Position numbers and translations under genes: made by a program
Origin: Candidatus Omnitrophota bacterium
GTDB lineage: Bacteria; Omnitrophota; Gorgyraeia; Gygaellales; Profunditerraquicolaceae
Assembly: GCA_041662125.1 (NCBI GenBank)
Contig: JBAZTA010000008.1
Location: forward strand, 2,807 to 66,806
Direction: 5' to 3'
Length of the DNA stretch: 64,000 nucleotides
Notes under the pieces: generated by a model
The model's database searches: none
What the model was told of the DNA's origin: nothing
What the model saw: the letters and a program-made list of their open reading frames with translations, nothing else
Shown here: positions 18,159-26,165 of the stretch, piece by piece
Layout: each line of letters opens with the position of its first letter
How positions within the stretch are numbered: the stretch's first letter is position 1

Positions 18159-20612
18159 TCATGGCAGGTCTGCAATTTTTGAGGTCTCGGGGAGCCGAAT
18201 CCAAAAGTTTCTGGCCAGGACCGTGCAGTCCCGTATCCAATCTTGAGCGTCTTTGTCACCCATGCCGGCCTTCACCTCAAAATCCGGCCAATTTGTGTGA
18301 ACGAGGTTGAAGCACATGTTTTGGGTTTTCCAGATATTAACATCGAACGGTAATGTTCGGACTAGTTTTGCAGCCCTATTCAACCTCTCCATTCGTGAAA
18401 GGTCGTCAGGTTGTTCGAGAAGTTGTTCGGCCAGACGCTCAACGGCGACTGCCAGCAATAATCCGAGAGCTGTCGCATCCAGAGTTGCGCCGGCCAAACG
18501 AGCTTCTTCCAGAAGAGGTCGAACGACTTCGGGCTCTAGCCCGTCCCCTTGAATCGCATCACGAATCTTGGCGTTCAGGCATAAGTCCGCGGCCAAAGCC
18601 AAGCTTTTAGGCGGAGGTGTGTTGGACCCTTTCAGAAAGCGAATTAACGGAGCATGGTGCCCGTAAACGGAGCTATACGCAGCTTCAGCCTCGCGTAGCG
18701 TCGGCTCCATGATCATGTTCAGAACTTTTCGCCGCTCATCGGCAAAAAGCGAATTCAGAGCGTACATCGAACTCCCGAAGTACTTACCCAGCAACAGGAT
18801 GGTCTTCGGGAAGTCAGCGACGGCAAAAGCCTGCGAAATCTCATTGACAAGCGCTCCATATTTTTGCGCTCCCTGATATTCGCCGGTGCCGCAGGCGATA
18901 CTGTGATCACCAAGATGTAATACGCCAAAACATAAACTTATAGATTCGCGCGTAACCTCCGAAATGACCGTTGCCCGCCCGATTACAAGCCGTGAGCCCC
19001 CCGCCTGAAAACTGCGATAGTCCTGCCGGGTGGCAGAATACGAATAGATCGAGCTTCGTTCACCTATATCCTGGAACAGAGAGCTTATGGCATAGTGGGC
19101 CCCCACATTTTTCATGTCGAGCATAGCAGGCCTGACAAATTTCTCATAAATTGCTCGGCCGTCACCGTGTTCGGGTATGTTACTTTTGGCAAGTTCAAGA
19201 CGTTCGAGAAAATCATGCTCGAAGGAAACGCTAAAAAGCTGGTCGGCCAATTGAAGCGCTCTGCCGGCATACTGTATGACTTGAACCGTCTCAATACCCG
19301 AAAGCTCGTCAAAAAACCAGCCACAACTTGTGTACATGAGCATTGCGTGGCGTTGCAACTCCATAAGCTTCAGGACGGTAATTTCTTCACTGGAGTTGAA
19401 CGGCCTGCTAGCGTGACGGCTCAGAAAGGCGCTGACTATGTCGGGTGATCGATCCACGATGATGTCGATGTATTCATCTCGCGCCGCCCACGGATCCTTT
19501 AGAAACCGCCTCGCCAATCGTTCATAAGCCGGATTCACGGCATCTCGGAGCCAGTCCAGCGCGGAGCGCAGGGGGGCTCGCCAAGCCTGGTTCCAACCCC
19601 GATGGCCCCCGCTGTTGCACCCGCAATCCGACCGCCACCGCTCTATTCCGTGAATGCAGCTCCACGAACTGTTCTCAAAGATCTCAACTTCGTGTGTCGG
19701 CGGTTGCTTCTCTAGGTATTCTCCGTAATTCGTCAGTTTGGCATACCCATTGGATTCAATGTAGTGGAGAGCGTAAGCGAGCGCCATGTCGCCACCTCGA
19801 TGGTGATGCCCATAGGTTTCTCCATCCGTTGCGATGGTAACGAGGCAAGGAGACGAATGGTCTTCGGGTAACTCGTACATCAGTCTGTTTGCGAACTCAA
19901 CTCCACTGTTGAGCAATTCTTCAAATGCCAGGGCCTGTGAAATGGGACCGTCGTAGAAGAACAGGTTCATGACGCGGCCTGACGGTAGTGACACTTGGTA
20001 AGCCATGGTATGATCGATTCTTTCACCACTCACATCTTGCCATTCATCACCGCCAATCGGCCGAACCCGATGCGCCTGACCAGGGGAGAGTACGGTAAAT
20101 CTTATTTCGAGCTGCGCCATGATGTCCAGGGTTTCAAGATCTACAGCCGTCTCTGGCAGCCACAGACCTTCCGGCTTGCGTCCAAAGCGGTATTCAAAAT
20201 CCTTAATTCCCCAGATAATCTGGGTTTTCTTGTCACGACTGTTGGCCAGCGGCATGATCATGTGATTGTAGGCTTGGGCCATAGCAGATCCGTGGCCTGA
20301 AAATTTTTCCATGCTCTGCTTGTCCGCCTCCAGAATTGCCGCATACGCGTCGGTGGCGTACTTCTCCATCCAGAGCAATACGGTTGGGCCAAAGTTGAAG
20401 CTTATGCTGGAATAATTGTTCACCAGTTGGACGATTCTTCCCTCGGAGTCCAGGATTCGGGACATCGCGTTTGCAGCGTAGCATTCAGCCGAAATCCGCT
20501 CGTTCCAATCGTGGTAAGGAAATGCTGAGTCCTGAATCTCAATTGCCTCCAGCCAGGGGCTTTCCCTCGGAGGTTGATAAAAGTGCCCATGAATACATAT
20601 GAATCTGTCCAT
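18159..20612 (-). CDS. Glycoside hydrolase family 57 protein (alpha-amylase / 4-alpha-glucanotransferase-like)
   Basis: N-terminal CIHGHFYQPPRE GH57 signature and a long C-terminal extension; 817 aa. Confidence 0.85.
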   Translation of the reverse strand: MDRFICIHGHFYQPPRESPWLEAIEIQDSAFPYHDWNERISAECYAANAMSRILDSEGRIVQLVNNYSSISFNFGPTVLLWMEKYATDAYAAILEADKQSMEKFSGHGSAMAQAYNHMIMPLANSRDKKTQIIWGIKDFEYRFGRKPEGLWLPETAVDLETLDIMAQLEIRFTVLSPGQAHRVRPIGGDEWQDVSGERIDHTMAYQVSLPSGRVMNLFFYDGPISQALAFEELLNSGVEFANRLMYELPEDHSSPCLVTIATDGETYGHHHRGGDMALAYALHYIESNGYAKLTNYGEYLEKQPPTHEVEIFENSSWSCIHGIERWRSDCGCNSGGHRGWNQAWRAPLRSALDWLRDAVNPAYERLARRFLKDPWAARDEYIDIIVDRSPDIVSAFLSRHASRPFNSSEEITVLKLMELQRHAMLMYTSCGWFFDELSGIETVQVIQYAGRALQLADQLFSVSFEHDFLERLELAKSNIPEHGDGRAIYEKFVRPAMLDMKNVGAHYAISSLFQDIGERSSIYSYSATRQDYRSFQAGGSRLVIGRATVISEVTRESISLCFGVLHLGDHSIACGTGEYQGAQKYGALVNEISQAFAVADFPKTILLLGKYFGSSMYALNSLFADERRKVLNMIMEPTLREAEAAYSSVYGHHAPLIRFLKGSNTPPPKSLALAADLCLNAKIRDAIQGDGLEPEVVRPLLEEARLAGATLDATALGLLLAVAVERLAEQLLEQPDDLSRMERLNRAAKLVRTLPFDVNIWKTQNMCFNLVHTNWPDFEVKAGMGDKDAQDWIRDCTVLARNFWIRLPETSKIADLP

Positions 20613-20658
20613 GATCTAATCTTTCTGTTCTAAATTAAAGACCACCACAAGTTCCGAA

Positions 20659-22722
20659 TCACTGTTCTTCATGATTGTGATGATCGTAGGTTTTCACCCA
20701 ACATCTGAGAACTTCGGCTACGCTCCACGCTTGAGCGATGCAACCACGGGGGGTATGCGGTTCCTCGGCGTTGAATATCTCGCTGATAAAACCGATTCCA
20801 GCATCCTCCAATTCCGTTGCGAACCCCAGCAGAAAACGCCGAGCCTCCGCCTTGTCTTGCGGATGCAATTTCAGCCATGCGTCAATGTATGGGCCTATGA
20901 GCCACGCCCAGACGGTGCCTTGATGATAGGCAGCGTCTCGAGAGCGAATATCACCGCTGTATGTCGGCTTGTAGTCCGGGTGATCTCGAGACAGCGATCG
21001 GAGTCCAACAGGAGTGAGCAATCGTTCAGAGACCACATTCATGACACTATCCCACCGTGAAAACTCCAGAACAGGATGACACAGGGAAATTGAGAGGACT
21101 TGGTTGGGACGGCACGCCGAATTATCGCCATCACGTCCGTCTACAACATCATACAGGTAACCGCCCTCCGGATACCAGAAGCGGTCGTTGAACGACGCGT
21201 AAGTCCGAGCGGCATGGTCCGCGAGGTAAGCTGCGGCCTGTTTTCCCTGTTCTTCGGTAACCCAGGTTTCCAGCAGTTTCAGCGCGTTGTACCACAGAGC
21301 GTTGATTTCGACCGCTTTGCCCGCTCTCGGTGTTACGACCCAATCGTCAACCTTCGCGTCCATCCACGTGAGTTGATAACCTTCTTGCCCCTGAGAGAGA
21401 AGGCCGTCATTGGGGTCGACTTTGATGTTGAAGTGTGTGCCTCGAATGTGGTGATCCACTATGTCCAGAAGCTTGGGAATCAGTAGCCGAAGTATCGAGC
21501 GGTCTTTCGTGATCTCCAGGTATCGTTCGATAGCGTGAAAAAACCAGAGTGTCGCATCGGCGGTGTGGTACAGGCCTTGTTTCTCACTCTCAGGGAACAT
21601 ATTTGGGATGAGTCCATCCCGGATGTAATGAGCAAAGGTGCGAATAATGGAACCCGCCTCGATGTAGCGCCCCGTAGTCAACGTGAGCCCTTCGAGACTT
21701 ATCATGGTGTCGCGACCCCAGTCTGTGAACCAGTGGTAACCGGCTATAACGCTATGGAGTTCGTACCCGGTGGCTTGCGCGCGAGCAGCGTCTTCCTTGC
21801 GCCCCGCGGGTTTAATCACGAATTGATCTGCGGCTAGGACCAGTTCCGCTGATGTCCCTGCACGAGACGCTGGATCCGCCAAACTAATGAGATGCTCACG
21901 GCGCTGTTTCTCGGCCAGAAAAGCCTCTTCAGGCTTCAGCGCAAGCATGGTCTCCCAACTGTGGCTCGACGCCACCAGCGCTACGTCCTGACTCTTTTGC
22001 AGATCAAGGTGGAAATGGCCCGGACTCCACAGATTGCCCTTGCTATAGTAACCTCGCATTTCTTCCATCCAGAAATCTATTGGTTCAAGCGTTCTGTTGT
22101 CCACAATGAATGCCGGCCCCTGACCATAAAGCGCAATGCGGAGCTGCCGTACAGGACCACCTGAGGTAATCTCGTAACGATTACGGCCAATAATGGTGAT
22201 TGAGTAATCTTCCTCAATGGGAGTATCCGGAATCGCCTCATGCATACGGAAGTGTACTGCCGGCCATAATTCCAGCCTCACCGGACCGTCGCCGGACACC
22301 ATGCGGTATATGATGTGCACGCTATTCTGCAAATGCGGGAGTAATAATCTTTTTTCGATCACGAAATTTCCTATTATGTAGAGCCAGACAGGAAGCCCGG
22401 ATTCCAACCGAAATTCCGACAGGATCGGTGGGCCGTAAAACTGCGGCGGGCTGCCTGCTTTCATTTCCTGGCCGAGTCGCATTCTTGTTCCATCTGGAAG
22501 AACAATCTGCTCCGCTAGATCGTTTAACATTACTACTCGTCCCAAAGGAGCCGGAAGCGCAGAAATCAGGAGCCCGTGATAGCGGCGTGTATGAACACCG
22601 GACACAGTCCCTGAAGCATAGCCACCCAGTCCGTTTGCCACAAGCCACTCGCGTGTAAGCAACACTTCGGTTTCGACTGCGTCCTGCGTACGACAGGGAA
22701 TGCTGTGGGCCAAATCGGTCAT
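20659..22722 (-). CDS. Glycogen debranching enzyme (amylo-alpha-1,6-glucosidase family; TreX-like role)
   Basis: 687 aa with a GDE N-terminal region (…LVANGLGGYASGTVSGVHTRRYHGLL…) and an amylo-alpha-1,6-glucosidase six-hairpin C-terminal domain. The start shares a 4 nt ATGA overlap with the treZ stop. Confidence 0.8.
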   Translation of the reverse strand: MTDLAHSIPCRTQDAVETEVLLTREWLVANGLGGYASGTVSGVHTRRYHGLLISALPAPLGRVVMLNDLAEQIVLPDGTRMRLGQEMKAGSPPQFYGPPILSEFRLESGLPVWLYIIGNFVIEKRLLLPHLQNSVHIIYRMVSGDGPVRLELWPAVHFRMHEAIPDTPIEEDYSITIIGRNRYEITSGGPVRQLRIALYGQGPAFIVDNRTLEPIDFWMEEMRGYYSKGNLWSPGHFHLDLQKSQDVALVASSHSWETMLALKPEEAFLAEKQRREHLISLADPASRAGTSAELVLAADQFVIKPAGRKEDAARAQATGYELHSVIAGYHWFTDWGRDTMISLEGLTLTTGRYIEAGSIIRTFAHYIRDGLIPNMFPESEKQGLYHTADATLWFFHAIERYLEITKDRSILRLLIPKLLDIVDHHIRGTHFNIKVDPNDGLLSQGQEGYQLTWMDAKVDDWVVTPRAGKAVEINALWYNALKLLETWVTEEQGKQAAAYLADHAARTYASFNDRFWYPEGGYLYDVVDGRDGDNSACRPNQVLSISLCHPVLEFSRWDSVMNVVSERLLTPVGLRSLSRDHPDYKPTYSGDIRSRDAAYHQGTVWAWLIGPYIDAWLKLHPQDKAEARRFLLGFATELEDAGIGFISEIFNAEEPHTPRGCIAQAWSVAEVLRCWVKTYDHHNHEEQ

Positions 22723-24629
22723 GACCAGCTCTCTCCAGGTTTCCTTGGTCCCAGGACCACTGCGGCGTGACCTGGGATCCTCCAGTTATCGTGAGTATCT
22801 GCGGGAGGGGTTCCGGAGCCTCCGTACGTGGGATTTTCGCTCGACCAAATGATTTTCCAACGCATGAATTCAGGTGGAGCCAGCAGGGGTTCAGGCGAGG
22901 GATTAAGGTGCAAGTCCAGGCCAAAATTCACCACCACCAATCTATCATCTCCATTTTCTCCGAAGAAGCGCAAGACGAAGGCCTCCGGCCCCAGGACAGC
23001 GCCGTCCAGTCCGCGATATCGCTGGGAGCTAAACACAGGGTCCTCTCGTCGAAGCTTTATCAAGTCACGATGAAGGGCATAAATTCCAGAGTGGCTCTGC
23101 CGTTCCGACATATCGAGTTTTGCTTGTCTGAACAGGGCCGGATCCGAGGGATCAGGGAGCCGATGTTTCATGTCAGGAGCATCAAGACTGAAAAATTGTT
23201 GAAGGAATTCGATCCTCCCCTTGTGTACTTTTCCAGCCAATCTCTTTTCATGGTCCGCAAAATAGTGAAATGGGCTGGATGCCGCAAACTCCTGGCCCTG
23301 GAAGAGCATCGGGGCGCCAGGACCTAACAGCATGAGAGCGGTCATTGCCCTGTAGCGCCCTGGACTGGTAAGGTTGTGGCATCGTAGCCCCCCGGCGGCG
23401 TTGGCGATCTGATCGTGATTCTGAATAAACGTTACGAACGTAGAAGGCTTTAGATCAAGACAAGGGGTCCCACGACGTTTCTTTTGGTGTTTGTACCGCT
23501 GTCCTTGGAACAGGAAACCCCACTTGGCGGCGGAAATAAATTCCTGTGGGGCTCCAAAGTAATCCGTATAATATGCGGGGTTACGCCCAGTAAGAGCCAC
23601 CATGGCGCTGTGGTGGAAATCATCATTCCATAAGGCGTCCATACCGTACCCGCCCTGATCGCACGGCCGCACCAGCTTCACATCTTGCGGTTCATTTTCC
23701 GCCACCAGAATAACGCAACGCTTGCCGGCCGCTCGGCGCGCAGACCGAGTTATGACAGCTAGAATATGTTCCGGTGAATGATCATAGATGTTCTGAGTGG
23801 CGTCCAGTCGCAAACCGTCTAGATGGTATTCGTCGATCCAATAGAAGGCATTGGAACTGAAGAAATCTCTCACGGGCTTGGCGGCGTGTCCGTCGAAATT
23901 GATCGCCTTTCCCCAATCGGTCTCATAACGATCAGTAAAATATTCGTCGGAAAATTTCGACAGATAATTACCGTCCGGGCCCAAGTGATTGTACACAACA
24001 TCAAGGATCACTCCCATTCCTAAGGAATGGGCTTTGTCCACGAATCGGCGAAAATCGTCAGGTCGTCCATAAAGTCGTGTCGGAGCAAAAAGATTCACGC
24101 CGTCATATCCCCAGCCAAAATTTCCCGGAAATTCGGCTACGGGCATCACCTCCACTACCGTTATACCGAGGGAGGCAAGTTCGGGTAGCTCCCGTGCGCC
24201 GCTCTCCCACGTTCCTTCCTGCGTGAAGGTTCCGACGTGCATCTCGTACAATATCTGGCCATCTATCGAAACGCCCGGCCATTCCTGGTCCGTCCAGTTG
24301 AACAACCCCGGATCCACTATCTCTGACGGACCGTGCGGTCCCTTTGGTTGGAAACGCGAAGCTGGATCGGCGTAAACATCTGTCCGCCCGTCCAGGCGAT
24401 AGCTGTACAAAGTGCCGTTTGTCGCTCCAGCCACTAGCCCAGAGAAATACCCGTCAGCGTCCCGAACCAGATCAAAATTCCCGTCCGAATCACTGGGATT
24501 CGATGAGCCCTCTTCGATTACAACCTGTACCTCTTGACAGAGAGGGGCCCATACCCGGAAGTGAGTGGCCTCCCCTCCCCTTGCAACTTCGGCTCCCACG
24601 GGGAGTCGCCTGTTCAAGTCATCTACCAA
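22719..24629 (-). CDS. treZ: Malto-oligosyltrehalose trehalohydrolase (GH13)
   Basis: 636 aa with a TreZ-like N-terminus (RRLPVGAEV…FRVWAP) and a GH13 catalytic core. Confidence 0.8.
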   Translation of the reverse strand: MVDDLNRRLPVGAEVARGGEATHFRVWAPLCQEVQVVIEEGSSNPSDSDGNFDLVRDADGYFSGLVAGATNGTLYSYRLDGRTDVYADPASRFQPKGPHGPSEIVDPGLFNWTDQEWPGVSIDGQILYEMHVGTFTQEGTWESGARELPELASLGITVVEVMPVAEFPGNFGWGYDGVNLFAPTRLYGRPDDFRRFVDKAHSLGMGVILDVVYNHLGPDGNYLSKFSDEYFTDRYETDWGKAINFDGHAAKPVRDFFSSNAFYWIDEYHLDGLRLDATQNIYDHSPEHILAVITRSARRAAGKRCVILVAENEPQDVKLVRPCDQGGYGMDALWNDDFHHSAMVALTGRNPAYYTDYFGAPQEFISAAKWGFLFQGQRYKHQKKRRGTPCLDLKPSTFVTFIQNHDQIANAAGGLRCHNLTSPGRYRAMTALMLLGPGAPMLFQGQEFAASSPFHYFADHEKRLAGKVHKGRIEFLQQFFSLDAPDMKHRLPDPSDPALFRQAKLDMSERQSHSGIYALHRDLIKLRREDPVFSSQRYRGLDGAVLGPEAFVLRFFGENGDDRLVVVNFGLDLHLNPSPEPLLAPPEFMRWKIIWSSENPTYGGSGTPPADTHDNWRIPGHAAVVLGPRKPGESWS

Positions 24630-24658
24630 TTAGCAATTACCTTTCCCGTCTCGCCTGT

Positions 24659-26131
24659 TCACTCTCTGAACAGCTTTCGATAGTGATATCCAAAAATCAT
24701 CAGCGTCACTGCCTCACGCAAAGACCGGCGATAGAACATCAAAGACTTTAGCAGTAGCTTCCAGTAGTAGATTTTGTTGTTCCATTTGTCGAGAATGCCC
24801 ATGTAGAGAATGGAATTGAGGAAAGCGGTCGCTCCCAATAACGTTATCCTGCGCCGTCTCACAGGCTTGTAAGTCCCAAGAAACTCCAAAACCCTAGCGT
24901 AGTATTCCTTCGGGGAATAGAGGTAATTCAGGACTGCGTAATACTGCTGCCGAACGAGCTGCGAATCCATTTTTGGAATGAAATTCATGGCCCCGTCGCA
25001 ATTGTCCCCGGAGCAATCTTCGAGAAGTCGCCCCTCCTCTTTGAGTCGCCGGTAAAGACGGGTTCCCGGCAATGCTTCAAGCAGGCCCACCATTGCTCTA
25101 ACTACTCCACTGTTTTGAATGAACTCTATCTGGCGCTCGAAAATGTCCGGCGGATCGTTGTCAAAACCTATTATGAAGCCACCCATCACTTCCATTCCGT
25201 TTCGTTGTATCGTCTTGACGGCTTCCACCAAGTCCACCGAACGGTTCTGGCTCTTGCCGCATTCAGCGAGACATTGATCCGCCGGAGTCTCCAACCCGAG
25301 AAATACAGAGTCAAAACCTGCTTCGGTCATCAGCTTCATGAGTTCTCGATCTTGAGCCAAATTCACCGAGGCCTCGGTGTACAGCGCAAAAGGAAAATCA
25401 TTAGCCTCCTGCCACGGTTTGAGCGCCTTAAGAAACGACTTGACCTTCGATTGATTCCCGATGAAATTGTCATCCACAACAAACACGCTTCCACGCCAAC
25501 CCATGTCGTACAGAATATCAAACTCCCGTATCATCTGGTCATTGGATTTTACCCTGGGATTCCGGCCATTAAGGTTGACAATGTCACAAAACTCACAGTC
25601 GTACGGGCATCCCCTGGAATACTGAACGGACATGGAGGCGTAGAGTTTCATGTCTATAAGGTCCCATCTGGGCAGAGGGGTCAACGTGATGTCCGGCTTC
25701 TTCTCAGTTGTATAGACTCGGCGTGGGCTTCCCGTGACCAGATCCTTCAGGAAAAGTGGAAGCGTAATTTCAGCCTCATTAAGGACGAGATAATCGAAAT
25801 CGTCAAAGCCTTCCGGACAACTCGTAAACAAAGGCCCCCCACCCACTATGGGCTTACCCAAAGATCGGCATCTGGCGACAATCTGTCGTACTGACTCCTT
25901 TTGAACGATCATGGCCCCTATGAAGACCATGTCGGCCCACTTGATCGCTTCATCCGAGACACCTTCAACGTTAGCGTCGACAAGCCTGAGGTTCCAGTCC
26001 GTGGGAAATATGGAGGCTACCGTCAGCAGCCCGAGAGGCACGTGAGCCGCTTTTTTGCGGATGAACTTCATAATGTGCTTAAAGCTCCAGAAAGTGTCAG
26101 GTATCGACGGGTAAATTAATAGCGCATTCAT
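24659..26131 (-). CDS. B12-binding domain radical SAM protein (class B rSAM)
   Basis: CxxxCxxC radical SAM motif (YSRGCPYDCEFCD) preceded by a B12-binding Rossmann-like region. The true start is the ATG at 26131, which has a GGTGAGGA RBS. The track ORF's first 178 codons are an Asn/Ser-rich out-of-frame read of the neighbouring repeat. Confidence 0.8.
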   Translation of the reverse strand: MNALLIYPSIPDTFWSFKHIMKFIRKKAAHVPLGLLTVASIFPTDWNLRLVDANVEGVSDEAIKWADMVFIGAMIVQKESVRQIVARCRSLGKPIVGGGPLFTSCPEGFDDFDYLVLNEAEITLPLFLKDLVTGSPRRVYTTEKKPDITLTPLPRWDLIDMKLYASMSVQYSRGCPYDCEFCDIVNLNGRNPRVKSNDQMIREFDILYDMGWRGSVFVVDDNFIGNQSKVKSFLKALKPWQEANDFPFALYTEASVNLAQDRELMKLMTEAGFDSVFLGLETPADQCLAECGKSQNRSVDLVEAVKTIQRNGMEVMGGFIIGFDNDPPDIFERQIEFIQNSGVVRAMVGLLEALPGTRLYRRLKEEGRLLEDCSGDNCDGAMNFIPKMDSQLVRQQYYAVLNYLYSPKEYYARVLEFLGTYKPVRRRRITLLGATAFLNSILYMGILDKWNNKIYYWKLLLKSLMFYRRSLREAVTLMIFGYHYRKLFRE

Positions 26132-26165
26132 CAATATGTCCTCACCAATCCGGCCAACCAGTTGT

